Below, one piece after another: positions 30,415 to 42,281 of a stretch of 64,000 nucleotides of DNA. How positions within the stretch are numbered: the first letter of the stretch is position 1; every line of letters begins with the position of its first letter. Under the pieces are notes generated by a model that had not been told where the DNA came from, searched no databases, and saw only the letters and a program-made list of their open reading frames with translations. The stretch spans positions 2,108,001-2,172,000 of the forward strand of contig CM102287.1 in the NCBI GenBank assembly GCA_046563655.1, in the 5' to 3' direction. The DNA comes from Yuukianura sp. NJ FZ-2021 (Eukaryota). The position numbers and the translations under genes are program-made.

Positions 30415-30727
30415 GTCACTAAAAGGCGTCAAAACTTCTATATAAGGTCGAAACCCTTCCACGGTTGCAGATTGAGACTGGTTTCAGAACTGACGATTGC
30501 TAGTCTCAAAACTCGCTGTTTAAGTACTACTTCGACAACGTTTGAAATGCTATTTTGAAATTTTTCAAACGTTTTTTTCTAAAGAAATGTTATTTTGAGA
30601 ACTTTTCAAGAAAAAACGTTTTTCTTGAGAAAAGATATTTTCCCAAGAACTCAATCCTTAACTAAAACTATAAAAATAAAAAATAATAACATTGACCCCA
30701 GTCTTGTATCTAAGTACTTGTAACTTC

Positions 30728-31597
30728 TTAACCACAAGCGTTGACCCGTGTAGTATTCGAACCAGCGGCCGTAGAGAAGTAGTAAGCTGAAATTTGCTTA
30801 ACACCATAAAAAATAATGTTGAGAACTGTATCATCAGAGTATGACGATTGACGATGCATGTTAAGATGGACCAGTCTAAAGTGCTCGTTAAAGTCATGGT
30901 TTGGAGTACGTTTTTGGTTGTTAATTTGAATTTGTTGATGTTTGGTAACGTCCAGCACATGCTTCGAGTAGGCTGGATTTAAAATGAAAGACTTTGGCGA
31001 TAAATAACAGGCAAATCGGTGAAACACGTTTGGTTTTTTGTATGGGTGAATTTTCTTGTTCGTCTTTAAACCGGCAGCCTTGCCAATTGTTTCTTTAATT
31101 CTGTTGATGGGAGTGTTGAGAATTTTGTCGCGTAGCTTTCTCAGGTATTCACGTTTTGACTCATGAATGAGCTCATCCAGATACTTTTCTGTATATGAGG
31201 TCGGAAAGCAGCCACACTTTAGAAGTGATTCCACCAGAAGAGGAATGTCCATGATTTCGATGGGAAGTGGACGACCGCTACGTATGAGAAACACTCGATT
31301 CACATTGCCTGTGATGCAGTGGATAGGAGGAAGCGGTCGCTCCAGCTTTTCTTTGAGTGTTTGAAACTCTGCTGGTGACTGCTGACGAAATAACTTTAGG
31401 AATCCATTCTTGCGGTTAGTTGCCATGATTGTTTCAAAGTGTGGTAAATCCTTCATCATTTCCCCTGCGGCTATGTATGCTTTTACTAGCTTTTCCACCA
31501 CGGTTGGCAGATCCTCTGCTGTTAGAAGAATCGAATGTCCAGAAATCTTCACTGCGATGACATCTTCCATGTCAATAAACGGTTCCGAAACCTCCAT
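30728..31597 (-). CDS. P arm paralogue 1, right-arm copy (289 aa)
   Basis: Translation identical to 2894-3763. Confidence 0.75.
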   Translation of the reverse strand: MEVSEPFIDMEDVIAVKISGHSILLTAEDLPTVVEKLVKAYIAAGEMMKDLPHFETIMATNRKNGFLKLFRQQSPAEFQTLKEKLERPLPPIHCITGNVNRVFLIRSGRPLPIEIMDIPLLVESLLKCGCFPTSYTEKYLDELIHESKREYLRKLRDKILNTPINRIKETIGKAAGLKTNKKIHPYKKPNVFHRFACYLSPKSFILNPAYSKHVLDVTKHQQIQINNQKRTPNHDFNEHFRLVHLNMHRQSSYSDDTVLNIIFYGVKQISAYYFSTAAGSNTTRVNACG

Positions 31598-32207
31598 GTA
31601 TGACCTGAATCACCGCATGCTTATAGTTTGAGACTGGTTTCCGAACTGATGATTGCTAGTCTCAAAACTCGCTGTTTAAGTACTACTTGGACAACGTTTG
31701 AAATGCTATTTTGAAATTTTTTCAAAAACGTTTTTTCTAAAGAAATGTTATTTTGAGAACTTTTCAAGAAAAAACGTTTTTCTTGAGAAAAGATATTTTT
31801 CCAAGAACTCAATCCTTAACTAAAAATAAATAAAAAAATAATAACATTGACCCCAGTCTTGTATCTAAGTACTTGTAACTTCTTAACCACAAGCGTTGAC
31901 CCGTGTGGTATTCGAACCAGCGGCCGTAGAGAAGTAGTTACAAGCACTTAGACACTAGACTAGAGTCGAATGTTCGAATTTTCTACACAAAAATTTCACT
32001 ACTTGTTTTTTGTTGTCGACTTTTTTGTTATCGACATTTTTTGTTGACATTTTTGTTCTCGATCTTTTTGTCGACGTTTTTGTTGTCGACTTTTTTGTTG
32101 ACATTTTTTGTCATTGTGAGTTTTTTCCCTCCCCAATATTGCGGCCGACTAGCCCCCGTGGATGTTCTAAAAATAAATGGGCCCGTTGTCCCACCTTACA
32201 TTCTACT

Positions 32208-32907
32208 GCCTCGTTCGTTCTGCCACGTCCATCCAATTATCATATCTGTTGATAAAAGCATCTTTGAATGAATCCCAGTCTGTCACTGTCACTAGGATGT
32301 GGTCGAGCCATGGTTGAGATTCTACAGGCAAGACCGTCTTCACAAGATAAAGAAACTGCCTTTGCTCATGTCCTTGAGCTGTGAAGTAACGCTCTACTTC
32401 ACTAAGGTAGCCTGCCGCTGACATCTTCTTTGGATCAAAACTCGGCACAGGCAATTTAGATGATAATGATGTGAACTTGATACTCTTCAATGCTGTTATC
32501 AATGCTTGGGTCTGACCAACTGGATCTGCCTCCGCAGGGGCTGGAGTCACCGCAGCGACTCCACCGGTCACCCGCTGAACTAATCTCTGCTCCACGCCGC
32601 GCACGGCATGGGCCACGGCCTCGGCCACTAATCTGTCCACTTCCTCCTTGGTGTATGTTGCCATGGTTACTGATGAACCTGGAGCACTAACGATGATTTT
32701 TGGGGATGTACTTGGAGTCGGAATCTTACTTTCTTGACTTCGGAGGAACGGTCCTTCCGAATCTGATGTTGGACTAAGCTCTGGTAGCTTAAATGTCACT
32801 GTAGGATCAATTTCCAATTTTTTCAATTCTTTACTTACTGGTTTTTTGTCTGACAAGGAGTGGATCCAGTGGAAGTTGTTTCGGCAACTTCCTCCTTCTA
32901 TGTACAC
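32208..32907 (-). CDS. gag: Gypsy C gag, N-terminal half (start codon uncertain)
   Basis: PSFDP...YLSEVERYF...WDSFKDAFINRY capsid-like; in frame with 2283-1395. Confidence 0.85.
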
Positions 32908-33098
32908 GATTTAGAGATGATACACTTCTAAATTATAGCCAATTTCCTTTTGACCAAAGGTAACGTCCACGCACGAACAGTTACATGATGTCTTGATCCC
33001 ACTTGACACAGAATAAAAGTTTTTAAACACTCACCATGTGTTGTTACACCATTGTGACCTTTGACCTCAGCAGTAACACTCACAAAACGGTCGCCATG

Positions 33099-33505
33099 TG
33101 TAGCACCTCGTGCTACGCAAACTGCCAAAGATGGCCTCCAGACTATCGATCCGAGCACTGCCGGACTCATGCAACGAAACTGAGGACCATAAGGGACACC
33201 AAAGAACAACACAAAGACTCGAAGACAAATAAATATAAAATATATTTATTTGTACAAAATGATACAAAGACTTCAGCTCATGCTGAGACAAACACCAAAC
33301 ACCGACTGACTGGCACAACTAGTCTCCAATACTCTCCTGACCTCTCCTCTACCACGCTAACTCTCTCAAAACTCGCGCTAAGCGCTAAACCAAATCTCAC
33401 TAACGCTAAGACTAACCACTAGCCTAACTACACTAACCTAAGGCCACACCCTAACCTCAAGGGGCAAACGACCCTAACCTAAAGGGGGAAAACCGGGGAA
33501 CTACA
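33099..33505 (-). repeat. 5' LTR of Gypsy C
   Basis: TGTAG...CTACA inverted termini, minus-strand AATAAA near 33250, PBS TGGCGACCG at 33096-33088; partner LTR is outside the window. Confidence 0.75.
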
Positions 33506-33920
33506 CCCGTTTGACCCCCCATTAGGCATAACAAATTTGCTAAATTTCAGCCCCTGAATTCGGTTTAATGTTTTCTCATGTTTTCAGAGTCCCTCCCCGC
33601 TTTTTTCCCCACCATTTTGTTCTGTTTTCAGAATCTGGACTCCATTCGGCACCAATTTCAAAATTTTTCAAAATTGACGTCAGGCCCACGCTACCCGATT
33701 GCACCCTTTGGTTTTTTCGAGCCGGGACGGCTCTGGGCTCGGCGGCGGGGTCATGAGGGGTTACAGCAGCTGCAACCCACCCTCAAGTCAACCAGAAGTT
33801 CGTCTCCGTCTCCACTCGTCACAACTTCAAGTCAGTCGGCTCCCTCCCTCTTCCACATCAACATCTCTTCCGTCTGCTCATTTCATTTTCAATTCCAAAA
33901 TTAAAGTTAAACTTAAAGTT

Positions 33921-36900
33921 TGTTGGCGGGTAAACCGACAGTTCATAATCTTAGGCTAATTTTACTTTACATTTCACATACATTTTCCATTTCTTAGAAT
34001 AAGTCTATTTTTACTGTAGTGTTAGGCAGTAGAAACACTCGTTTCTTCCCTTCTAAACTTCTAACTTACACACACTAATTTACATTCTCTTCTTATTCTG
34101 GTGTTTCTTTACATTACTAAGGATTAGGAATACTCATTCCTCCCTTTACAATTCAGTTTGTCTTTCTTAGGTTATAAATACTAGTGACACACAGTCACTC
34201 AGAGTTCAGTACAATTCCAGCTCTGTAACCGTCTTCTTTATTATTCTTACAAACCATTCAATAAAATAACATAACGTAAATTCTCGATGTCTTGATCTCT
34301 CTGTGGCTTCACCACAAGTCATTCACTTGCTCTCCCACATTTCTCATCTGAGGTCACGGAGGTCAACGAACATTTTGGTGCCGAAAGACGGTTACTGCCG
34401 AAAGCCTGGACCCAGACTAACACCACTTCACATTCAACATGGCGGAAGTCCTCTCTCTCGTCCTTAAGCGAACAGCCCAGAAGCACAAACTGGCGAAAAT
34501 CCTAAGGGACGTAAGTAACGTCGATTCACCGCCTACTCAGTTTGAACTCCACAAACTGCTGGATCAAACTGAAAAGATCGAAGGTACTGTTCAATCCATT
34601 CAAAATGAGATTCTGACGTATATGTCTAATGAGGATGATTTAATGCCTCAACTTGAAGCTTCAGAACAGATTGATGACATGATTGTTAAGATCCATGGTC
34701 TTATCAATGGAGAGTTAGCGAAGCTGGATTCCAACACACAGAGTGGATCCACCCTGACCTCCGCTCCGTCAGTCGTTCATCCATCGTCAAAGGTCAAGTT
34801 ACCAAAGCTTGACCTTCCTACGTTCTCTGGCAGTTACGAAGACTGGCCATCCTTCCGAGATCAATTCGAGGCTTCCATCGTCAACAATGGTGGTTTGTCT
34901 GGTTGCGAAAAGCTGCAGTATCTAAAGTCATCTCTCAAGGACGATGCACTAAAGATAGTCTCGCCATTCGTAATCACTAATGCTAATTTTCAGGATGCTT
35001 GGGATTTGTGTATCGAGCGATACAATAATACGCGCGAGATCGCATTTTCATTGTTGCGAAAATTATTTAATCTTTCTAAACTGTTTCAGGAAAATGCGAC
35101 TTCACTGAGGAACCTGGTTGACACTTTCGACCAGTGCGTGAGACAGTTACGGAACCTTAACCGTAACGTTGACCAATGGGACGATGTTCTGGTCTTTACC
35201 ATAATGGAAAAGTTGGACCCTGACACCAAGAGGGAATTCGCCATCCAACTATCAGGAACGAACGTTCCTACCTACAAGGAGGTCAAGGACTTTCTTGAAC
35301 AACATATCCGTGGTCTCCAGAGCATCTCATCAGCGTCAACAAAACAACCTCAGAAGTCCGTTGACCGTAAGAAGGTTCATGCAGTGAACACTGCAAAATG
35401 CGTTCTTTGCTCAGAGCCACACCCATTATTCAAATGTGGGAAGTTCAATGCCATGACCATTGCTCAACGGATGGACACAGCCAAGGCTCAGCATCGATGC
35501 TTCAATTGTCTTGGTCTTGCTCATACTCCCAAGAACTGTCATTCCAAGTCTCGCTGTCGTGTGTGTCAAAAGCCACATCACACTCTTTTGCATATCAACA
35601 ATGAATTTGTTCCGTTCGCAAACCAGGTAAACAATCCTAATGCTCATTTGACTAATCCGTCTACTTCTGTTCCCACAGCCAGTTGTAACCACAACTCCGG
35701 CCACGGTGTCCTACTTGGAACTGCAGAAGTCTACGTAATGGATGCTACTGGAGCCTACCAAACCTGCCGTGTCCTTTTGGATCCAGGAGCTGAGGTTTCC
35801 TTTAGCACCGATCGGTGCTGTCAGCGACTTGGTCTCTCACAGACAAAGTCCAACGTCACCATCAACGGAGTTGGTGCCACTACAGTTGGTAAAGCAAAGG
35901 GAAAAACCATGTTGCAAATCAAATCTATGTGTAATGATTTTACTTTGTCGGTGGAAGCTCTTGTTCTCTCCCAGGTCACAGGTCAACTGCCCTCATTTAG
36001 GTGTGGTGACACCTGGAAAGAATGGACCCACCTTCAGAATCTGACCTTGGCTGACCCCAGATACATTGACCCGAGGGAAGTTGACATTCTACTTGGGGCT
36101 GAGGTCACACACCGAATCTTCACTGGTCAGACTCTTTCTTCTCGGGTTGATCAACCCGCTGCTTGTTCGAGCCACTTCGGTTGGGTGGTCATGGGACCTG
36201 TCCATACTCCACCAGTGCAGTCATACACGGCCCACTGCCACACCGTCTCTCTGGATGGAGCCATCCAACGCTTGTGGGAACTCGATCACGTCCCAACTCG
36301 GATGCAGTTGACACAGGAAGAGAGTGACGCAGAGAACCATTTTACAACTCACCACTCTCGTACACAGGATGGAAGATACATTGTTCCACTTCCATTCAAA
36401 CCCAACATTTCGGAACTCGGATCATCACGATCAATTGCATTACGGAGACTCCACCACACTGAACGTCGGCTGGATCGACTCCCGCAACACAAAAGTGAGT
36501 ACGTAAAGTTCATAAATGATTATCTCAATTTAGGTCACATGGAACAAGTCCCACCATCGGAAGAAGGAGAACAATTCAAGGATGGATCCATCCAGACGTA
36601 CTACCTCCCACATCACTTCGTTTTGAAGGAGGATAGTACAACAACCAAACTTCGTGTGGTTTTTGATGGTTCGTGTGAATCAAATTCAGGTTTGTCACTG
36701 AATAAGTGCCTAATGGTAGGGCCAACTATTCAACCTGATTGTTCACGCATCTAATCAAATTCCGATTGGATCCAATCGTTTTAAAGGCTGACATAACAAA
36801 AATGTATCGCCAGTTCTCAGTTTTAGAGTCAGACTCCAACTTCCAGCGGATCCTTTGGCGGCCAACTCCTGATCAGCCTATTCGGGAGTACAGGCTAAAA

Positions 36901-39900
36901 ACAATCACGTATGGAACCTCTTCGGCTCCATTCGGTGCCATTCGGGCTCTAAACCAACTTGCTGTGGACGAAGGAGATCACTTTCCCTTGGCCAGGCAAG
37001 CAATAATTGAACGTTTTTATGTAGATGATTTTCTAGGTGGTGACTCATCAGTTCCAAAAGTGGTGGAAACTTACCACCAATTGACCAAACTACTCGCTCG
37101 TGGACAACTGTCAATCACTAAGTGGACTTCAAACTCTCCGGAAGTCCTACAGGAGATTCCTTCACACCTAGTGGAGATCTCCACTCAATCACTGGCGGAG
37201 GGATCAAGCACAAAGGCATTGGGCGTTCAATGGACTCCAAATTCTGATCTTCTCCATTTCACTGGATTTAGGTTTGACCAAACCTCGGTAATAACAAAAC
37301 GTACCATTTTAAGTGACATTGCAAAGTTATTTGATCCACTGGGGCTACTCGCTCCATTTGTCGTGTCGGTAAAAGTCTTCTTTCAGAGTCTTTGGACTTT
37401 GGGAATTGGTTGGGATGATAACCTTCCCGAGGACTTGGTAGAAAGGTGGACCCACCTTGGCTCATCATTGTCATGTCTTAGTGACATTGCCATTCCACGT
37501 TGTGTGATTACACCAAATTACCAACGAATGGAATTACATGGATTTTCGGATGCCTCCGAAAGAGCCTATTGTGCCGTGGTCTACCTCAGGACATTTAATA
37601 ACGATCTACCAATATCACGAATTCTTACTTCCAAGACTAAAGTAGCTCCTGTCAAAGCACAGAGCATTCCTAGGCTCGAACTCTGTGCTGCTTTGTTATT
37701 ATCGAAACTAATTTCTTTTCTTTTGTCTAGTTTGGATCCAAACTGTCATGTCTACTGTTGGACTGACAGTGAAATTACTTTGCGATGGATCTCATCTTCT
37801 TCTCGTCGCTGGGTCCCCTTCGTGGCCAATCGGGTTTCGCAAATCCAAGAGCTCACACCAGTCGAATCTTGGCATTTCATCCCTGGGACACTCAACCCTG
37901 CCGATTGCGGAACAAGAGGGATCCCTCTTAATGAGCTCGTCGACAATCAGCTCTGGTGGAACGGACCGGACTTTCTGTCAGAACCACAATTACCTTCGTT
38001 CTCCAGTTCACAATCACTCTCATCTGAGCATCTGAAGGAAGAACGTAAGGTCAAGGTCCTAACTATTCAAGTGTCTTTTCCCATATTGAACAGGTATTCG
38101 TCATTTCTGCAACTCCTACGTGTCATCGGGTCACTTCTCGGGTTTGTGCTGAGAGCTCAGCAGAAGTCGGCACCGACGGCACGCTCAGTCGAGTTCTACC
38201 GAATGGCCACTCGGAAGGTCATTCAACAACAGGAACACTTCCAAGAGGAGATCCAGTCTCTGACTAAAAATGGTACAGTAAAACAATCCAGTTCGTTGCT
38301 CTCTCTTTCACCATTTTTGGATTCGGATGGATCTCTCCGTGTCGGTGGTCGGCTCCACCTGGCATCGCTCCCAGAAGCTGCCAAACACCCTCTGATCATT
38401 CACGGGAAGTCCTCAGTGACTAAACTACTCGTCCAGCATTACCACCACAAGCATCATCATGCTGGGAATCGTCTTCTGCTCTCACTTCTACGCCAAGACT
38501 ATTGGATTGTCCACGCACGAGATTTGATCAAATCTGTCATCTCTCGCTGCCTCAGATGTAAGCTGTTGAGACAAAAGACGGCAACACAACTCATGGGTAC
38601 ACTGCCTCAACCAAGAGTCACGATGTCACCTACTTTCCATCACACTGGTTTGGACTACGCTGGTCCATTTACACTCCAATCTGTCAAAGGACGAGGCCAG
38701 AAACAATTCAAAGGCTACTTCTGCATTTTTATCTGCCTCTCTACGAAAGCCGTTCATGTGGAATTCGGAAACGAACTCTCCACTGAATCCTTCCTCGGGA
38801 CTTTCAAACGGTTTGTGTCACGTCGTGGTAACCCACTGCACTTATATTCTGATTGTGGTACAAATTTTGTAGGTGCTAACAACGAGTTGATGGATTTGGT
38901 GAACTCTCACCAGTTCAACTCGGAAGTTTCTTCTTACTTTGCAGAATCACAGACACATTGGCATTTTAACCCTCCGTCTGCTCCTCATCATGGTGGAATC
39001 TGGGAGGCAGCAGTACGTTCTGTCAAATTCCATTTGAAGAGGATCATTGGGACCACCACTTTAACGCTTGAGGAATTTGCTACAATTCTTTGCCAAGCGG
39101 AAGCAGCGCTGAACTCCCGACCTCTTCTACCGATGTCCAGTGACACATCCGATTTAGGTGTGATCACACCTGGCCACTTCCTCGTCGGCAGACCTCTCCT
39201 CGCCGCTCCTCAACCAGATCATGCTGATGTCAAGGTCAATCGCCTCTCACGTTGGCAGTTGCAGGAGAAGCTATTCCAAACGTTCTGGAAGGTCTGGTCA
39301 CTCGAATACCTCACATCCCTTCAACAACGGGTCAAGTGGACCAAGAAAAACAACAACTTGACAATCGGAGACCTTGTGGCCATCAAAGATGACAATTTAC
39401 CCCCTCTAAAGTGGAAACTGGCTCGCGTCATCAACGTTCATCCTGGTCCAGACGGACTAGTCAGAGTCGTCACTCTTCGTACGGCCCTCGGAGAACTCCA
39501 ACGCCCAATTGTCAAAATAGTCCCACTTTTATCCAACGACGAGCTATCTTCAACTTAAGTTCGTATTTTACTTCATTTTTAATTCATTTTAATTTTAATT
39601 TATCTTAATTTTAAGGCTAAGTTAAGTTAAGTCATCTTTTCATTTTAGTTAAGATCTTAACTTTTAAGTTTTTCACAACATTTAATTTGTAATTTTAAGT
39701 TAACTGATCGATTTATCAATCAGCATGTCACAAAGTTTCCCACACATTTTTAAGCGATTTGCCGAGTCTTTTTGGTTAGAGTTGCTTGAGCTGTAGGAGG
39801 TCACGCAAATTGGGTCTCCTTTTAGTTTTGACGGAGGACGAGGGTGACGTTTCGCACTGCCCGAATGACCCATCCGACCTACAGTAAGAGTGATTTTGGC

Positions 39901-40413
39901 CGAGGACTTGGTAGTCCTTACTAATGTATAACGTATTTTTCCGACACGATCGTGTCAGGGGTGGCGGCATGTTGGCGGGTAAACCGACAGTTCATAATCT
40001 TAGGCTAATTTTAGTATACATTTCTCATGCATTTCAATTCTTAGAATAAGTCTATTTTTACTTTAGTGTTAGGCAGTAGAAACACTCGTTTCTTCCCTTC
40101 TAAACTTCTAACTTACACACACTAATTTACATTGTCTTCTCATTCTGGTGTTTCCTTTACTAAGGATTAGGAATACTCATTCCTCCTTTACAATTCAGTT
40201 TGTCTTTCTTAGGTTATAAATACTAGTGACACACAGTCACTCAGAGTTCAGTCTTCATTCAGCTTTGTAACCGTCTTCTCTTTATTCTTACAAACCATTA
40301 AATAAAATAACATAACGTAAATTCTCGATGTCTTGATCTCTCTGTGGCTTCACCACAAGTCATTCACTTGCTCTCCCACATTTCTCATCTGAGGTCACGG
40401 AGGTCAACGAACA
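33921..40413 (+). mobile_element. Full-length BEL/Pao LTR retrotransposon D
   Basis: LTRs 33921-34372 and 39970-40413, 5-bp TSD AAGTT, PBS TGGTGCCGAAA. Confidence 0.96.
34439..39558 (+). CDS. BEL/Pao gag-pol polyprotein with one frameshift near 36740
   Basis: KLPKLDLPTFSG (DUF1759-like), triple Cys-His knuckles, LLDPGA, YLPHH, FYVDD, GFSDAS, integrase DYAGP/SDCGTNF/WEAAV. Confidence 0.93.
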
Positions 40414-40559
40414 AAGTTAATTCTAAATTAAACTTAAATCTAAATAAACGGAGTATCCACTCCATTTCCTAGCATCACATCTCATCAGTTGTTCCTGTCT
40501 TGTTTCTTGGGCTTACCCATTAGCCCGTCACTACATTCCCCACCATTTTCCACACTCAC

Positions 40560-41040
40560 ACGCCTCTCCCCGGGGGAGTGGGGGTGGGTTCCCCCCACTT
40601 TTCCGCCATCCCCAGGAGAGTGGGGGTAGGTCCCCCACTTTTCCGCCCTCCCCAGGAGAGTGGGGGTAGGTCCCCCTCACTTTTCCGCCCTCCCCCGGAA
40701 AGTGGGGGTGGGTTCCCCCCCACTTTCCCGCCCTGACCCGGGGAGTGGGGGTAGGTTCCCCCCACTTTTCCGCCCTCCCCCGGGGAGTGGGGGTAGGTTC
40801 CCCCCACTTTTCCGCCCCTTCCCCGGGTGAGTGGGGGTGGGTTCCCCCCACTTTTCCGCCCCCCCCTCCGGGTGAGTGTGGGTGGGTTCCCCCCACTTCC
40901 CCCCCCCCCCCCGGGTGAGTGGGGGTGGGTTCCCCCCACTTTCCGCCCCCCACCCCCGGGTGAGTGGGGGTTGGTTCCCCCCACTTTTCTGTGCCCTCCC
41001 CCCTGGAGGAGTGGGTGTGGGTTCCCCCCACTTCCTCCAT
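40560..41040. repeat. GC-rich ~38-44 bp minisatellite (ccccacttttccgccctcccccggggagtgggggtaggttcc)
   Basis: About 11-12 variable tandem copies seen directly. Confidence 0.9.
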
Positions 41041-42281
41041 CTAGGATGCCTGCCTTATGAGCGAATGGGCAAGGTAGCAGGCTTGCCTTGCCCATCTACA
41101 CTGTATGCTAATATGTTGACCTTTGATCCCGGTTTTGACCCCCTTGGAGGGGTCAGAGACCCATGGTTGATATACTAAAGTTGCTCCCCTCAATGAGAGG
41201 AACAACTTTTGTTAGGGTCATTTTCCCGGTTTTATATTCAAAAGGTCAATGACCTTGACCTTTGACCCGGTAAAAGGTCACAGACCCGGGAAAAAGATCA
41301 ACTTGAACCGGCGACCAGACAGACAGACAGACAGACAGACAGACATGAATCAGATTATTATTTGTTATTAGATTATTATTGGTTTTTTTATTTATGATTG
41401 GATCAAGGTAAATAGAATAACTAGTGATTGGATAGGATTTGATTTGGCTTTCGCACTTGCCATTTGGCTTACGAAGATGTTTTTAATTACCATGGCATCA
41501 GCGTTTTAAACAGACACGATGCCACAACGACTGGAAAAGTACGTTCATGTTTTGCGTTTTTCACACTTCAACAAAATCTTTGTCCAGCCGACTACGAGTA
41601 ACCAAATTCATGCCAACCAATTAATAAGTTTGCAACGCCTCAAAATTTCCAATTTTAACATGGAGGGTGATGAAGAATACGACGCTAGTGCTACGAAGAA
41701 TACGAAGCGTGTGTTCTGGCAGTTCTGCCAGAAATTATTTTTATTTTAATAATTCTAGGTAAACAGCGCGCTGACGCTTCTTCTTTTCAAATTCTAAAAA
41801 TAGTAACTTTTGTCGGTTAGCTTTTCAAATACAAAAACATAAGTAGAGTCTTTTTAGTCATAAGAATAACACAAGCATACAAAGGAGTCGCGATTCAACC
41901 TTAGTACAAGCAACAACTCCATACAAACAACACAGAGTAAAAAATGTAACTGCTTGTTTTTAGTTAAGAAATAAAATAATAATTATTGGCAATTACAAGT
42001 CAAATCAGTTTCCACTCCAATTCCACTTCATCTCTTCATTCATTCATCATCATTTTCAATTCAACTCGTTACGAAAGTTAGGATTTGCCCTTCCATACAA
42101 ATCCTGGTGCCGAAAGACAGTTTAACTTGGTAATCTGCAAAAGGAAACCCAGAGTAAAAACAAAACGAAATCGCAATCAGACGAGACAGAGGAGACGAAC
42201 GATACCCAGTCGACTGCAAGTACAGTTGAAATTCCAACAGCTACCAGAGACAGACCTGCTCCATCGTCGAGTAAGGCGGCC

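Larger units (their letters stand above)
2284..32207. mobile_element. Non-autonomous Polinton/Maverick-like element P with ~3.26 kb inverted arms (about 8.6 kb without the nested retroelements)
   Basis: Termini AGTAGA...TCTACT, 5-bp TSD GCCTC (2279-2283 and 32208-32212), central A32/FtsK-like packaging ATPase; no pPolB, integrase, capsid or protease recognised. Confidence 0.8.
28949..32207 (-). repeat. Right inverted arm of P (3259 bp, uninterrupted)
   Basis: Reverse complement of 2284-5093 plus 26395-26844. Confidence 0.95.
1..33505 (-). mobile_element. Ty3/Gypsy LTR retrotransposon C (outermost element; 3' part runs off the window), gag interrupted by element P
   Basis: Minus-strand 5' LTR 33505->33099, PBS TGGCGACCG, gag split at TSD GCCTC, then PR and RT toward position 1. 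Confidence 0.9.

Noticed and set aside
2284..32207. Giant inverted repeat as a pure assembly foldback artefact
   Set aside because: An exact TSD restores the gag frame, element A is in one arm only, and the arms have distinct tips and an indel; read confirmation is still advisable
36730..36760. Frameshift in element D as programmed recoding
   Set aside because: It falls inside RT, has no slippery heptamer, and related element E is continuous there; likely mutation or sequencing error, as are the shifts near 11585, 47165, 50120 and 51500
39776..39970. Antisense 64-aa ORF in the 3' UTR of D
   Set aside because: Short, no motif, and no counterpart evident in element E
40531..41178. Gly/Pro-rich ORFs on both strands
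   Set aside because: Stop-free translation of the GC minisatellite
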